The notes beneath the pieces were generated by a model. It had not been told where the DNA came from, made no database searches, and worked only from the letters and a program-made list of their open reading frames with translations. From an uncultured Hyphomicrobiales bacterium (GTDB lineage: Bacteria > Bacteroidota > Ignavibacteria > Kapaibacteriales > UBA2268), in assembly GCA_964634885.1 (NCBI GenBank), contig CAZWLN010000011.1, positions 7,216 to 71,215 on the forward strand: a stretch of DNA of 64,000 nucleotides. Reading direction: 5' to 3'. The translations under genes were made by a program, and so were the position numbers. Positions 1 through 12,100 of this stretch are shown piece by piece (position 1 is the stretch's first letter; each line of letters opens with the position of its first letter).

Positions 1-1083
1 AACGAATGGTGCATATACCCCATGTACGACTGGGCTCACGGCCTCGAAGATTCCATCGAACGTATTACACATTCGCTGTGCACCCTCGAATTCGAAGCTC
101 ACAGGCCCCTCTATGATTGGTTCCTCATCGAGCTGGACACTTACAGGCCCCAGCAGACCGAGTTTGCGCGCCTTAACCTCAATTACACCGTTATGAGTAA
201 GCGCAAACTGTTGAAATTAGTGAAAGAAAACTTTGTCGATGGCTGGGACGATCCCCGTATGCCTACTATTTCCGGCTTGCGCCGCAGGGGCTACACTCCC
301 GAGTCTATCAGGAATTTTGCCGACAGGATCGGCGTTGCCAAAGCAGACTCCATCGTTGACATCAGCCTCCTGGAGCACTGCATTCGCGAAGACCTCAACC
401 GCAGGGCACAAAGGGTAATGGCTGTTCTCAACCCGCTGAAAGTCGTGATTGAAAACTATCCCGAAGGGCTGACGGAAGAGCTGGAAGCCGTGAACAATCC
501 GGAAGATCCCGGAGCCGGAGTACGTACTGTTCCTTTCTCAAAGACTCTGTACATCGAAAGGGACGACTTCATGGAAGAGCCTCCGAAGAAATTCTTCCGC
601 CTGGCACCCGGACGCGAGGTAAGGCTCCGCTACGCCTATTTCATTACATGTACTCAGGTGATTAAAGACGACGCCGGCAATATTACCGAGCTGCGCTGCA
701 CATATGATCCTGAAACAAAGGGCGGCAACGCTCCCGACGGCAGGAAAGTGAAAGCTACCATCCACTGGGTTTCGGCAGAACATGCACTCGAAGCGCAGGC
801 GAGGCTGTACGAGCACCTGTTCACAAAGGAAAATCCCGACAACACGGAGGAAGGCGAAGATTTCACATCTAACCTCAACCCCGCTTCTGTCGAAATAATT
901 GACCCCTGCTACGTCGAGCCATACCTCAAAGAGGCTAAACCCGGCGATAAATTCCAGTTCGAGAGGCTGGGCTATTTCTGTGTCGATTCGAAATATACAA
1001 CAGCTGAGAAGCTCGTGTTCAACAGGACGGTAACCCTGAAAGACACATGGTCGAAGCTGGTGGCAAAAAACGAACACGATTGA
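1..1083 (+). CDS. glnS: Glutamine--tRNA ligase, 5'-truncated by the window edge (frame open from base 1)
   Basis: Frame 1 reads [14 protein letters not shown]...[16 protein letters not shown] (KMSKS-like), GWDDPRMPT and FQFERLGYF, all GlnRS hallmarks. Confidence 0.97.
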   Translation, partial: NEWCIYPMYDWAHGLEDSIERITHSLCTLEFEAHRPLYDWFLIELDTYRPQQTEFARLNLNYTVMSKRKLLKLVKENFVDGWDDPRMPTISGLRRRGYTPESIRNFADRIGVAKADSIVDISLLEHCIREDLNRRAQRVMAVLNPLKVVIENYPEGLTEELEAVNNPEDPGAGVRTVPFSKTLYIERDDFMEEPPKKFFRLAPGREVRLRYAYFITCTQVIKDDAGNITELRCTYDPETKGGNAPDGRKVKATIHWVSAEHALEAQARLYEHLFTKENPDNTEEGEDFTSNLNPASVEIIDPCYVEPYLKEAKPGDKFQFERLGYFCVDSKYTTAEKLVFNRTVTLKDTWSKLVAKNEHD

Positions 1084-1263
1084 AATGTATAAATGATGAA
1101 TTAACAGGGGGTTCGGATGGTTCCGGGCTTCCTGTTTTGATATATAGAGTGTTAGAGAATAGCGCGAAGAGAAATACCTGTCTTTTCAAACACATTATTT
1201 TCCGGTTGATACTTAATTAAATATATTGTATTTTAATGGCAGGTATTTATTACGGTAAGGATA

Positions 1264-3126
1264 ATGATGAACAGGTTGCTATTACTATTTACACTGCTTA
1301 CAGGATTATATACGGCTACGGCTTCCCAGAACGAAGCAAACATCTGGTATTTCGGTTACAACGCCGGACTGAATTTCAATTCCGGCGCTCCTGTTGCCCT
1401 CGGCGACGGTGCTCTCAGTACCGAGGAAGGCTGTGCCGTCATTTCCGATGGCGCCGGCAACCTGCTGTTCTATACCGACGGCATTACCATCTGGAACAGG
1501 ACCCACGCAGTCATGAGCAACGGAACGGACCTCCTCGGCCACAGCTCTTCTACGCAGTCGGGCGTCATCGTCCCTGTACCCGGCAATCCAAATATGTTTT
1601 ATGTATTTACCGTCAGCGACCGCAATTCCTCCAACGGCTTCAGGTATTCCGTCGTGGACATGGCTCTCGACAACGGCTTGGGCGCCGTTACCGAAAAGAA
1701 TATACTACTCTTTGACAACTGTGTCGAAAAGATTACCGCCATCAGGGATAAAAGCTGCAACGGCGTCTGGGTTATCGGCCACGAATGGCAAAGCAACATT
1801 TTTCGGGCCTACCGCATCGGCGAATCGGGCATCGACTCTCAGCCGGTCGTCTCTGCTGCGGGTTCCGTACATGACATGGCCAACAACAGCAACGAGAACA
1901 AGCTGGGTTATATGAAAGCCTCGCCTGACGGCAGGAGAATTGCCCTGGCAATCTTCCTCAATGGGGTAATTGAACTGTTCGACTTCGACAACAGGACGGG
2001 TGCTGTATCCAATCCCGTAACAATATATAAGTCCGGCTATTCCAATGCTTACGGCGTGGAATTCTCACCGGACGGCTCAAAACTGTACACCGACGTTTAT
2101 TCTGTCAAAGACTATTTACTGGCATTTGTAAAAAAGACAAGGCTGCTGCAGTTTGACCTGGGCAGTTTTGACCAGCAGGACATCATCAACTCCGAGGTTG
2201 TACTCTATGAAAAAGAGTTTACAACCGTATTGGAAAGCAACATCGATGATATGCTGGCAGCAATACAAGCCGGCCCTGACGGGAAATTGTACATAGCAAG
2301 GAACGAAGTGGCCTATCTCGCGGTTGTTAACAATCCGAACGAAAAAGGCGCTGCCTGCAATTTCGTGGAAAGCGGCGTCGATCTGGGCGGCAGGAAATGC
2401 CGCAGAGGCCTGCCTACCTTCATTCAGAGCTATTTCTATGATATGGCCGTGTTCCAGGTGGCCGACACCCTGGGCTATGCCGGCGACACAGGTTTCAGGA
2501 TACCAATCCGTGCGCATTTGAGTTGCGACGCTGCCGGTAACCTCGACCTGGCCTACAGCTTAGACCTCAGGTTCAACGCCCGCCTGTTCTATGTTGACAG
2601 CATCGCACAAGGGACAATTAAAAATTCATATATCGACAACGGTGAGCAGGTGGTAACAATTGAGGGGAATGCCGTTTTAGGCATTGCCGAAGCTGAAATC
2701 AACTGCCTTTACGGCCGGGTACTCCACAGCGATACCAACTTTACCCCCATCCTGATTGAGAATCTTACCGTCTCTAATGCCAGTGTCGATGCTGACACCG
2801 TCAACGGCAGCCTGCTGGTCCTGGGCGACTGTGCCCTGGCACACAGGAAAATGGGCATAAGCAATCCGGTATCAATGACGATTCTGCCCAATCCTGCTTC
2901 CGGGAGTGTAAACCTGAAATTGTCGAACGTTGTCCCCGGCAGCTACACTGTTGAGATATTCAACCTGCGGGGGCAGTCAGTGAAAAAGATGTGCTTCAAA
3001 GAGCGGAACCTGCTTCCTGAGTTAACAGTTCCTGCTGATGTTGCAGGCCTTCCGTCGGGTTCCTATTCCGTGCACCTTGCCGGCCCTGTCGGTACGGTTG
3101 CTGCGCTGCTCGTTGTCGTACAGTAA
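1264..3126 (+). CDS. Secreted beta-propeller protein with cohesin-like domain and T9SS C-terminal sorting domain
   Basis: Signal peptide; WYFGYNAGLNF, SPDGRR and EFSPDGSKLY propeller repeats; C-terminal PNPASG...YTVEIFNLRG...LPSGSYSV CTD pattern. Confidence 0.8.
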   Translation: MMNRLLLLFTLLTGLYTATASQNEANIWYFGYNAGLNFNSGAPVALGDGALSTEEGCAVISDGAGNLLFYTDGITIWNRTHAVMSNGTDLLGHSSSTQSGVIVPVPGNPNMFYVFTVSDRNSSNGFRYSVVDMALDNGLGAVTEKNILLFDNCVEKITAIRDKSCNGVWVIGHEWQSNIFRAYRIGESGIDSQPVVSAAGSVHDMANNSNENKLGYMKASPDGRRIALAIFLNGVIELFDFDNRTGAVSNPVTIYKSGYSNAYGVEFSPDGSKLYTDVYSVKDYLLAFVKKTRLLQFDLGSFDQQDIINSEVVLYEKEFTTVLESNIDDMLAAIQAGPDGKLYIARNEVAYLAVVNNPNEKGAACNFVESGVDLGGRKCRRGLPTFIQSYFYDMAVFQVADTLGYAGDTGFRIPIRAHLSCDAAGNLDLAYSLDLRFNARLFYVDSIAQGTIKNSYIDNGEQVVTIEGNAVLGIAEAEINCLYGRVLHSDTNFTPILIENLTVSNASVDADTVNGSLLVLGDCALAHRKMGISNPVSMTILPNPASGSVNLKLSNVVPGSYTVEIFNLRGQSVKKMCFKERNLLPELTVPADVAGLPSGSYSVHLAGPVGTVAALLVVVQ

Positions 3127-3235
3127 GAATTGAGCCTTAATATGGCTCTGTAAAGTTGAATTCTTTGACATATCAGGTATTGTTACAATGCAATGATTAA
3201 TTACGTCAATTGCTTTTTTCTTTGGAATTATTAAT

Positions 3236-3243
3236 TATATTTG
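3236..3243 (+). promoter_or_regulatory. Bacteroidota-type -7 promoter element (TATATTTG)
   Basis: Exact TAnnTTTG match ~75 bp upstream of the ATG at 3317. Confidence 0.45.
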
Positions 3244-3316
3244 TAACAAATTCTGTTTTGAATTGTTTTACTTGTTAATTGAAAATCGTTTTTTTAATTA
3301 ATATATAGGTAAAAAA

Positions 3317-6088
3317 ATGAAAAGTTATTTCAAACCCTTTTTAATTTCTTTGGCAACAATCTTTTGCATGATTGCCGCAAGCGCTACTGTCCTAAGTACT
3401 ACACCCGAACAGATCAAAAAAGACCTGCCGAAGCTGCTTGGCTCCTCGGGCATGGGTAACGAATTCTGGTTTACCATACCCCCGCCCCTGTACGACGCGA
3501 GCGGTGGATCGCTGAACAACAATTTAAAGATTTATGTAACAAGCGAGTCCGACGCTTCAGTTAAACTCGAGATCAAAGGACGGGCCTACACTGAGACGAA
3601 ATCCGTCAAAGCATACGAACTGGTCGAATTCGACATCGATTTTGCTACGGCTTCCCCCTGGCTGAAAACTGCCAGTGAAGGATCGCCCGAAGAAAAAGTG
3701 CTGAAGTCATACGGCATCCATATTACTTCAACAGCAAACCTCCTGGTCTATGCAATGGTGTATTTGAGTACCACAACAGAAAGTTTCCTTGTCCTGCCGG
3801 TTTCTGCTCTTGGCACCAATTACATTGTCTCAAGTTACAATGCCAACAAACTTTACAGTACTTATGTCCTCCCCAGCTTAACTACCTGTGTCGCTGCCTA
3901 TGACAACACAACCGTAAGGTTCACCGTCGGTGGTACCGGCGGCACTGAAACAACAGGTGGCGCCAAAGTCGGTTCTACGGTACAAAAGAACCTTTCCAAA
4001 GGCGACGTCCTCGTCTTTGCTGCCGATGTCTATAATACCGACCTTACCGGAAGCGTCTGGTCTGCTACCAAACCTATTGCCGTCGTTTCAGGCCACTTCT
4101 GTGCCAATGTACCGATTACCAATACCGGCTGCAGTTACATTGCCGAAATGGACCTGCCGACATACACATGGGGCAAGAATTACTATATTGCCACAATTCC
4201 CGAAAAGAAGAATACACCCGTTCTCAGGATATTTTCCAAAGAAACGAATACTACAGTTTACCGCAACGGGGAAGCTGTTGCTTCCATTGCAAAGGTTGGC
4301 GGCAAGATTAACGACGGCTGGATTGACATGAGGCTGCTGCCCATCACCGAAAAGAAAGCTTCAGCGCTAATTTCCGGAGACAAACCGATTGGCGTTACAC
4401 TTTACAATACCTGTAAATCGGAGGAAGACAACAGCGAAACTGCAAAGACTGACCCTTTCTCTGTTGTCCAGACACCAGTGGAACAATACCTGAATGAAGT
4501 TGTTTATATGACACCCGGAACTTCGGACAAGACAATGTTCTCCGACAATTACCTGAATCTAATATATGAAACCGACTCGAACCACGGCCTCCCCGACGAC
4601 ATCGAATATGGTTACGTCGAGTCGAACGGCAGCATTACATGGAAAAAATTGAAAGACTTCTTCCCTACCGTTGGTGAAATTCTAACTTCAAAAGTCAACG
4701 GCAAAGAATATGCGGTAAAGAATTTTACACTGCCCAATGAGGGTGTTTACAAGTTCAGGGCAAACAATCCGTTCAACCTCTTTACTTACGGCTATAACTC
4801 CACGGAGTCCTATGCCCATCCGGTATATGCCGGACTTAAAAACCTGGAAATGAACGATACCGAGCCGCCCAGGCCGATATTTACTTTCTGCGCCTGCTGC
4901 GGTACGTTCCATAGCGACGCCATTGTCAGGGATATGCCCGATGACGCAGCCAACCGTTCCAACCTGGCTGCTATTGTCCTTGATGCCGAGAACAGCTATA
5001 ATTATGCTTTTACTCATGATGAATTCATACCCGGTACTGACCGTGAGGCGAAGTGGAATATCAATGTAGTCGATCTGAACCTGGACGCAAAGGCTATTAT
5101 CACATTTGTGGACAAAGCAGGCAACGACACAACGATTACATTGAATTACTATGCGTACAAAATGTCTCCTTCTGTTACATCGCTCGACTGGGGAAGTGTC
5201 GGCGTCAACGAAGAAGTGACCAAAACATTGACAATCAGCAACAATTCATCTACATCGCCCCTCGATGTTACAAGGCTCGACCTGAAAGACTCTACGAAAG
5301 AGTTCGAATTTGTCGATGTTACCCTGCCATTCTCGATACCGGCCAATTCATCAAAGACTATTACCGTGAAATTCAAGGCTTCAACAGCCGGTACATATAC
5401 AGACTCGGTCGGCATCGGCGATACCTGCCATTACTACTACTATGTTGCCCTGAAAGCTGTTGTAGGCGTCCCGGTCATAGAAGTATCGGACATCGATTTT
5501 GGTACTGCTACAGTAGGTGCCGATGTAAAGAAAACGTTCACAATTAAAAACACCGGTTCTGCTGACCTGAGTATTTTCGATTACAACCTGATTAATCCAC
5601 AAGCTATATTTGCTGTAGAGCCGAAAATGAACACCGATATAAAAAATCCCGGGCCACTTGTAATTTCTCCCGGTTCGACTGTTAGTTATTACGTTATTTT
5701 CAAGCCTGGAGCTGAAGGTACATTCCAGGACAAGATCATTTTCTACAGCAATGCCGGTTCTACCGACAGCATTTGTGTCCTGAACGGTAAAGGAGGCCCT
5801 AATGGTGTCGATGACAACCGGCAGGGAATTGGCGGTGTTACTGTTGTTCCCAATCCTGCCGTCAGCGGCGAAGCGGTAGCAAACATTGCGACAGCAGTCG
5901 ATTGCATGGCTGCCCTTACCGTTTACAATTCTCTCGGGACAGAAGTCTTCACCATAGGCTCCCTCAGTCTCCGGGCGGGAATGAATCCTGTCAGCCTCGA
6001 CCTCAGTTCTTTGCCTTCCGGGACATATTACCTGATGGTTAACACAGGTAACAAAACAGAAAGAGTGAAGTTCTTCTATATGAGATAG
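3317..6088 (+). CDS. IgGFc-binding-protein N-terminal domain protein with two ASH/choice-of-anchor D Ig domains and T9SS CTD
   Basis: GNEFWFTIPP, ESFLVLPVSALGTNYIVSSY and ATKPIAVVSGHFCA match the IgGFc_binding pattern; DWGSVGV..LTISN and DFGTATVG..FTIKNTG repeats; PNPAV...LPSGTYYL CTD. Confidence 0.8.
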   Translation: MKSYFKPFLISLATIFCMIAASATVLSTTPEQIKKDLPKLLGSSGMGNEFWFTIPPPLYDASGGSLNNNLKIYVTSESDASVKLEIKGRAYTETKSVKAYELVEFDIDFATASPWLKTASEGSPEEKVLKSYGIHITSTANLLVYAMVYLSTTTESFLVLPVSALGTNYIVSSYNANKLYSTYVLPSLTTCVAAYDNTTVRFTVGGTGGTETTGGAKVGSTVQKNLSKGDVLVFAADVYNTDLTGSVWSATKPIAVVSGHFCANVPITNTGCSYIAEMDLPTYTWGKNYYIATIPEKKNTPVLRIFSKETNTTVYRNGEAVASIAKVGGKINDGWIDMRLLPITEKKASALISGDKPIGVTLYNTCKSEEDNSETAKTDPFSVVQTPVEQYLNEVVYMTPGTSDKTMFSDNYLNLIYETDSNHGLPDDIEYGYVESNGSITWKKLKDFFPTVGEILTSKVNGKEYAVKNFTLPNEGVYKFRANNPFNLFTYGYNSTESYAHPVYAGLKNLEMNDTEPPRPIFTFCACCGTFHSDAIVRDMPDDAANRSNLAAIVLDAENSYNYAFTHDEFIPGTDREAKWNINVVDLNLDAKAIITFVDKAGNDTTITLNYYAYKMSPSVTSLDWGSVGVNEEVTKTLTISNNSSTSPLDVTRLDLKDSTKEFEFVDVTLPFSIPANSSKTITVKFKASTAGTYTDSVGIGDTCHYYYYVALKAVVGVPVIEVSDIDFGTATVGADVKKTFTIKNTGSADLSIFDYNLINPQAIFAVEPKMNTDIKNPGPLVISPGSTVSYYVIFKPGAEGTFQDKIIFYSNAGSTDSICVLNGKGGPNGVDDNRQGIGGVTVVPNPAVSGEAVANIATAVDCMAALTVYNSLGTEVFTIGSLSLRAGMNPVSLDLSSLPSGTYYLMVNTGNKTERVKFFYMR

Positions 6089-6114
6089 GAATTTGCTTTA
6101 ATATATTGAAACAT

Positions 6115-6142
6115 CAAAGGGCGGCTACATGGCCGCCCTTTG
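6115..6142. terminator. Bidirectional intrinsic terminator hairpin between convergent genes
   Basis: caaagggcggc-tacatg-gccgccctttg, a perfect 11-bp stem between stops at 6088 and 6169. Confidence 0.8.
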
Positions 6143-6168
6143 TTCTTTCGACTTCGACATATTGTCTA

Positions 6169-6897
6169 TTAACGCTTGATGTCGTCAATTTTGAACATCT
6201 TTTTCATTACTGCACGCGAACGGTCAATATTGAAATACATAGTTTTCTTTTGATTGTCTTTATTGAGAATTGTCATTGCATCGAGAGAATGTCCCTTAGA
6301 AGCGACTAAAGCCTGCTGCCCGGCAAACCGGCAACTGAGGAACTTAATTATTTCATATTCATCAGGTACGCAGATCACATAGAAAGCAGTACTGTCAGTA
6401 TGTCCATCACCAGTATTTAATATGGCTTCAAGCAATCTCACCTCTTTTGTACCAACTGCCCATGCCTTTTCTTCATTCCCGGTCATTTGGTATGAATAGG
6501 ACACCATTTTGAGAATTCTTATATTCAATGGGTCTTTCTCGAGTATCTCATTCCCAAGTTTTATAATATGGGCATATTCTTCATTGGTCAATTCACCTTC
6601 TTTGTTAAATATTTTTAAAAATGCTGTCATCGAATCATGAGTAAAATACGGTTTATACTTTTCCTGGAATGAATAGCCGAAATAAAGGTAGTGGTATTCT
6701 TCTACTGTAAGTGTTGTGTCGCCTTTCAAATATCTTTCGAACAGTTTCGGGTAATAGTAATTTGAATTTTCGTTTTTAATCTCGGCTTCAATTTTAACAA
6801 AATCCGGCGGCGCCATTTTTTGTTCCTGCGGATAGAGATTGAGAGTCAGAAACATCAAAGCAATGACAATCATACATTTGTACATATGTACTCCCAT
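6169..6897 (-). CDS. DUF4919 family secreted protein
   Basis: Signal peptide; YYYPKLFERYLKGDTTLTVEEYHYLYFGY and AILNTGDG...AFYVICVPDEY resemble DUF4919. Confidence 0.75.
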   Translation of the reverse strand: MGVHMYKCMIVIALMFLTLNLYPQEQKMAPPDFVKIEAEIKNENSNYYYPKLFERYLKGDTTLTVEEYHYLYFGYSFQEKYKPYFTHDSMTAFLKIFNKEGELTNEEYAHIIKLGNEILEKDPLNIRILKMVSYSYQMTGNEEKAWAVGTKEVRLLEAILNTGDGHTDSTAFYVICVPDEYEIIKFLSCRFAGQQALVASKGHSLDAMTILNKDNQKKTMYFNIDRSRAVMKKMFKIDDIKR

Positions 6898-6951
6898 TAT
6901 TTATTTACTTAAAACCGGCTGTGAATAAAATCACACCTGGAATAACAACTA

Positions 6952-7659
6952 TCAGTCTGTAACAGAATCCGTTTTCGTATTGCTCCCGATATACCTGTAA
7001 ATTCCCGCTCCCAGTAATGCCCCGGCAATCGGCGCAATCCAGAAGAGCCATAGTTCGGCAAGCGCCCAGCCGCCTGCAAAGAGGGCTACGCCTGTACTCC
7101 TGGCCGGATTGACAGATGTGTTTGTTACGGGAATGCTGATCAGGTGGATAAGGGTGAGGCAAAGGCCGATGGCTACGGGAGCCAGGCCCTGGGGAGCACG
7201 CTTGTCTGTTGCTCCAAGTATTACTAATAAAAACATCATGGTCATTACTACTTCGCACACGAGAGCAGCAATCATTGAATAGCCTCCGGGGGAATGTTCA
7301 CCGTAGCCGTTCGAAGCAAAACCAGCGCTGACGTCGAATCCTGCTTTTCCGCTGGCGATGAGGTATAGCACTCCGGCAGCGGCTATTGCCCCGACGAGTT
7401 GCGACGCAATGTAAGGAATAAGTTCTTTTGCAGGGAAACGGCCGCCTGCCCACAACCCAATCGACACTGCCGGGTTGAGATGGCAGCCGGAGATGTGGCC
7501 GATTGCGAAAGCCATCGTCAGTACAGTCAGGCCGAAAGCCAGGGCAACGCCGACAAAGCCAATGCCCAGTTCGGGAAAAGCGGCTGCAAGTACAGCGCTG
7601 CCGCATCCGCCAAGCACTAACCAGAAAGTACCGAAAAACTCTGCTGCGTAACTTTTCAT
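6952..7659 (-). CDS. aqpZ: Aquaporin Z
   Basis: [27 protein letters not shown] and NTSVNPARS (two NPA boxes). Start moved to MKSYAAE (7659), which has a GAGG just upstream. Confidence 0.97.
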   Translation of the reverse strand: MKSYAAEFFGTFWLVLGGCGSAVLAAAFPELGIGFVGVALAFGLTVLTMAFAIGHISGCHLNPAVSIGLWAGGRFPAKELIPYIASQLVGAIAAAGVLYLIASGKAGFDVSAGFASNGYGEHSPGGYSMIAALVCEVVMTMMFLLVILGATDKRAPQGLAPVAIGLCLTLIHLISIPVTNTSVNPARSTGVALFAGGWALAELWLFWIAPIAGALLGAGIYRYIGSNTKTDSVTD

Positions 7660-7891
7660 ATTAACCTCTGTTATAAGTGGATAATAAACAACCAAATATA
7701 ATGAATTTTTTGTCTTATTATTCAAGAGGTTAAATTGATATATTACTTTTTACTTCTCATCGTAATAGTAGATTGTTCTCCTTCACACAAAGCGTTTCAA
7801 TTTATTGCAAAAATGATTTCAAACAAATTACGTCGCTGTTTCCTGTGTTTATACTTCATGTGTTTGAAAAGTACAAGTGGAGACCATATAT

Positions 7892-8413
7892 ATGGCAAAA
7901 TCAAAGATAACCGGACTATTCCTGATTATACTGTTTTGCTTCAGCGCATACAGGTGTGACGACAGCGCTTCGCCGTCAGCCGACTCAACGGTTCTGACTG
8001 AAAGCGAAGCTGCCGATCTGCTCAGGGATGAACTGTATTACCTAAAAAAATCTCAATATAATCCCGATTCCCTCACTGTCAGGGAAATCGCAGAAGTCTT
8101 TAACAGGATAGAATTCCGGTTTGCAATTTTTTTTACAAAAGGCTGTTCCTGCGATAATGATGAGAAAAAATACCGGTTCCCCCATGCAATGAAGGTTTTT
8201 GAAGCATCAGGTATAACCTCAGGCAGTTACTCCATATACTACATGAAAAATATAAATTCTGCCCATCCCTATGACAGTATTCTCAGGCTCAATTCCCTAC
8301 CCGCCGTATTTCTTCTCAGGGATAATGTCCCGGTCTGTTCCATTACCGATTCTTCGGACGAAAGCAACAGGCCAATCGAACAAGAAATTCTCGAATCATT
8401 GAAAGGGAATTGA
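7892..8413 (+). CDS. Hypothetical exported/lipoprotein, possibly thioredoxin-like fold
   Basis: Hydrophobic leader ending AYRC; FAIFFTKGCSCD and LPAVFLLRDNVPVCSI fit a Trx-like pattern; GGAG before ATG 7892. Confidence 0.45.
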   Translation: MAKSKITGLFLIILFCFSAYRCDDSASPSADSTVLTESEAADLLRDELYYLKKSQYNPDSLTVREIAEVFNRIEFRFAIFFTKGCSCDNDEKKYRFPHAMKVFEASGITSGSYSIYYMKNINSAHPYDSILRLNSLPAVFLLRDNVPVCSITDSSDESNRPIEQEILESLKGN

Positions 8414-8578
8414 TGGGTAATGATGGTAAAAGAAAACACGGATTGGCAACAGACAGAATATGTGTTTAAGAACTACAGCTTTAATGTAAGCCGGATGGAT
8501 AAACCTGTTTGTAACTGAGAAACCGCCGCACTAATTATATCTATTACTTCTTATGCGACTTACATGTAACTGTACTCT

Positions 8579-9103
8579 TTACCACTTCTCCCTGTGGATG
8601 TTTTCAGGCTTATATTTTTCTTTCGGCTTGTCTTCGCCTGAAGGTACGCCGACGGGAATGACACAGAGGGGTATTATATTCTCAGGAATGTCGAGGCAGT
8701 GCCTGACGTAAACCATCCTGTCCTGGCGCGGATAGGCAGCAGTCCACACAGCGCCAAGCCCGAGGGCTTCCACTGCAAGAAGGATATTCTGTCCGGCAAG
8801 GCTGGCGTCGATTATGGCATATTCAGTCATTTTGTCATGGGCTTTCTCAGGTACGGCGCAAACGACGATTGCAGCGCCGGCTTTGTAAAGCATTTTTGCG
8901 TGTGGCAGGCCGTCGCCAAGCCTGTTGATTACTTCCCTGTCACGAATCAGGACAAATTCCCATGGCTGCATGTTAACGGCAGAAGGCGCTGCCATCGCTG
9001 CCCGCATTATCTCGTCGAGCAATTCCTGGCTTACGTTCGCGCCGGTGTAATTCCTGACGCTTTTGCGGGAGTAAATCAATTCGAGTGCTTTCCTGTTTTC
9101 CAT
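8579..9103 (-). CDS. Nitroreductase family protein
   Basis: IYSRKSVRNYT, AAPSAVNMQPWEF, QNILLAVEALGLGAVW. Confidence 0.93.
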   Translation of the reverse strand: MENRKALELIYSRKSVRNYTGANVSQELLDEIMRAAMAAPSAVNMQPWEFVLIRDREVINRLGDGLPHAKMLYKAGAAIVVCAVPEKAHDKMTEYAIIDASLAGQNILLAVEALGLGAVWTAAYPRQDRMVYVRHCLDIPENIIPLCVIPVGVPSGEDKPKEKYKPENIHREKW

Positions 9104-9170
9104 TGCCTTGTTCCCCAAAATTTATTACTGATAATTACTTATCCACGTAAATCAATTGCTAAAGAAAAAC

Positions 9171-12100
9171 CTACTGGGCTATCTCAGGTGCCATACGTAC
9201 TGAAACAACCTTTGTCAGGCCCACTTCCTGCATCGTAATGCCGTAGAGCGTATCTGCAGAGCTCATCGTACGCTTGTTGTGCGTAACGATCATAAACTGT
9301 GTCTCGACGCTGAATTCCTTAATGAGATTAAGGTATTTGTCGATGTTGGCGTCGTCCAGAGGGGCGTCAACTTCGTCGAGGATGCAGAAGGGACTGGGCT
9401 TGACGAGGTAGATACCGAACAGCAGGGCGATTGCCGTCAGTGTCTTCTCTCCGCTGGACAGCGCTTCGATTGAGTTCGGCCTTTTGTTCGGTGGCTTGGC
9501 AACGATCTCGATGTCACATTCCAGGGGATTGCCTTCTGAAAGCTGGAGATGGGCTTCGCCGTCGTCTCCGAATAGTTTCCTGAACAAGCCGGAGAAATTG
9601 GTATTTACCTGTGCATAGGTCTCCATGAACTTTGTCTCGGCTGTCTGGTTGATTTCGTCGATGGTTTCTTTCAGTGTTTTCTCCGAATCGACAAGGTCCT
9701 TGATCTGCTTCTGGTAGAAATCGAGCCTCTGGCTCTCACGCTCATAGTCCTCCAGCGCCATGAAATTGACGCTGCCGATGGCCATCAGCTTTTCTTTGAT
9801 GTTCTTCAGTTCATATTTCGTATCTTCCACCGAAAACTCGGGGTCTTCTTCGAACAGTGCGGTTTCGAGTTCAATCTCAAAGCTGTCTTTTGCCCTGACG
9901 ACGAGGCTGTTTTTCAATGACCTGTACTCATTGAGGTTCAGTTCATACTGGTGCATGCTCTCGGTGAAACGTTCGTGGCCCTTTCTCAGGTTCGACAGCT
10001 CGTCGCTGTGCCTGCCGATCTGCTCCTGGACAGAATTGATCTGCTCTTCGATGTATTCGCTGGAAGTTTTTGCCTGGTCTCCGGTACCTTTCAGCGCTTC
10101 GAGTTCAAGCGCCAACGCCTGGAGCGTGTCTTTGTACTGCTGTTTCCGCTCGTCGTTCTTCTGTAGCTCGTCCCTGCTGTTTGTGTTCCTTTCAGTCAGG
10201 TTCGTGAGTTCCGACCGGTAGTGGTCAATATCTTTCCGGAGCGAGTTGGCTTCTGCCTCGAGTTGGTACCTGACTTTCTCGGAAGCGCGGACGGTTTCGT
10301 CACATTCGTCGTATTCCTTCTCAGAGTTGCGTACACCGCCGATGACAGACTGGTACTCTTCCTTGAGGACGGCATAGTTTCCGTTCATTTCGTCGAGTTC
10401 GGATTCATAGTTCCCAGTTTCGGAGTTGATCTGAAGTATCTCTTCGTTGAACCTGCCGAGATTGGTCTCGATGAGGTTTCTTTTGTTAACGAGGTTTTGC
10501 TTTTTGAAATTTATTTCCGCAATCTGGTTGTTAAGCTTGTTTTTGTTGTTCTCGCTGGCTCTCAGGTTCTCGTTCAGTTTGTTGATGTCGATGGCGGCGT
10601 AATTGCTCTTTGCAATCCTGTATTCTTCCGCAAGCTCGGTGATGGTTTTGTTGAGTTCCCATATTTCTTTTTCCAGTGTTTCCATTCTCTCGCGCTTACC
10701 TACGGACAAGCCTTCGGTGTCTCCGATGGCTCCGCCTTTGATGATGCCCTTTGAGGTTACCAGTTCGCCGTCCATGGTAATGGCAGCGTCGGCAATGCCG
10801 AAGTCAACCATGTCGATGGCGTTCTGCAGCACATCGACAAGGAGAGTTTTTCCGAGTAAAGCCCTGAGTACATTCCTCAGTTGCGGGTCCACTCTTACGA
10901 TTTCGCTGAGCCAACCGATGATGCCGTCGCCGATGACCGGTTCGCCCGGGGGCATGACTTCAGGAACGGAATCGCGGCAGATGAAAACAGCTTTGCCTTT
11001 CTCATTTTTCTTCAGTGCATTGAACGCTGCAAAAGCCTGCTGCCTGTTGTCAACGATGAAATAGCCCGCTGCTTCGCCCAGGGCAGCTTCGACTGCAACA
11101 CGATGCTCGTCGTCGGCGCCGATGGCTTCGGCAAGCAGTACCTTGACGCATTCCGGATTCCAGTCCTCAGTTTCAATCAGGAACTTCGTACTTTCGTCAG
11201 CGTCAACAAATCCTTTGTAGAAATCCAGTTCGGCGGTGTTGCGGCTGTGGGCATTCTTAAGTTCAGCCAGGTCCTCCTGCAGTTTGTCGATGGCCCTCGC
11301 CAGAGCTGCTTGCTCCTCCTGTGCCGCGAATAGTTCGTCTTCGGCGTCCTTGATTGCCTGTTGGTTCTCTTCTTTTTGTTTTTCGTTCTTTTCAATCTCT
11401 CCGTCCAGGTCGCCAAGGCTGTTGTTGATCTTTTCAATCTCCGTATCGTTCTCCGAGAGGTTGTTCTCGATTGTTTCAACCCTCTGTCTGTTCCTGGCAA
11501 TATGAGTTTTTGTCGTTTCGATTGAATTCTGAAGCCTGATCAGCTCTTCATTTTTCATGTTGGCTTCTTCGCGCAAGCCGTTCAGTTCGGACAGGAGCTT
11601 GTCCCTTTTTGTCCTCAGGCCTTCCAGGCTGTCTTCGGTCTCGTTCTTTTTGTTGACAGTCTCGTCCAGCTTATTAGCGGCTTCTTCGGACTGGGCCTTG
11701 ATTCGGCTGCTGTTTTCCTCGAACGAGGCAATCTCCCTTGCAATCCTGTTCTGGTCGTTATCGATGGCGATTATTTTCTCGTTGATGACGGCAATCTCTT
11801 TGTTCTTGGAAGCCAGGGCGTTGTTAAGTTCGCCTTCGAGATCGCGTGCTTTCTGGTATTCTTTGTTAAGGTTGTTCAGGTTGATTTTCAGTTCGTTGAG
11901 GTGGTTTTCACTCTCCCCGATCTTCTCTTCGAATTCCTTCTTCTTTCCGACAGTGTCTTTACCGGATTCGAGCAGCTTCTCTTCCTGCTTTTTCAGCCGG
12001 TCATACTCGTGGTACACTAATTTGATGTCCAGTTCTTTGTGCTGTGCCATCAGCTTGTTGTAGCGCATTGTCTTAGAAGCTTGCCGGGAGAGCGAATTGA

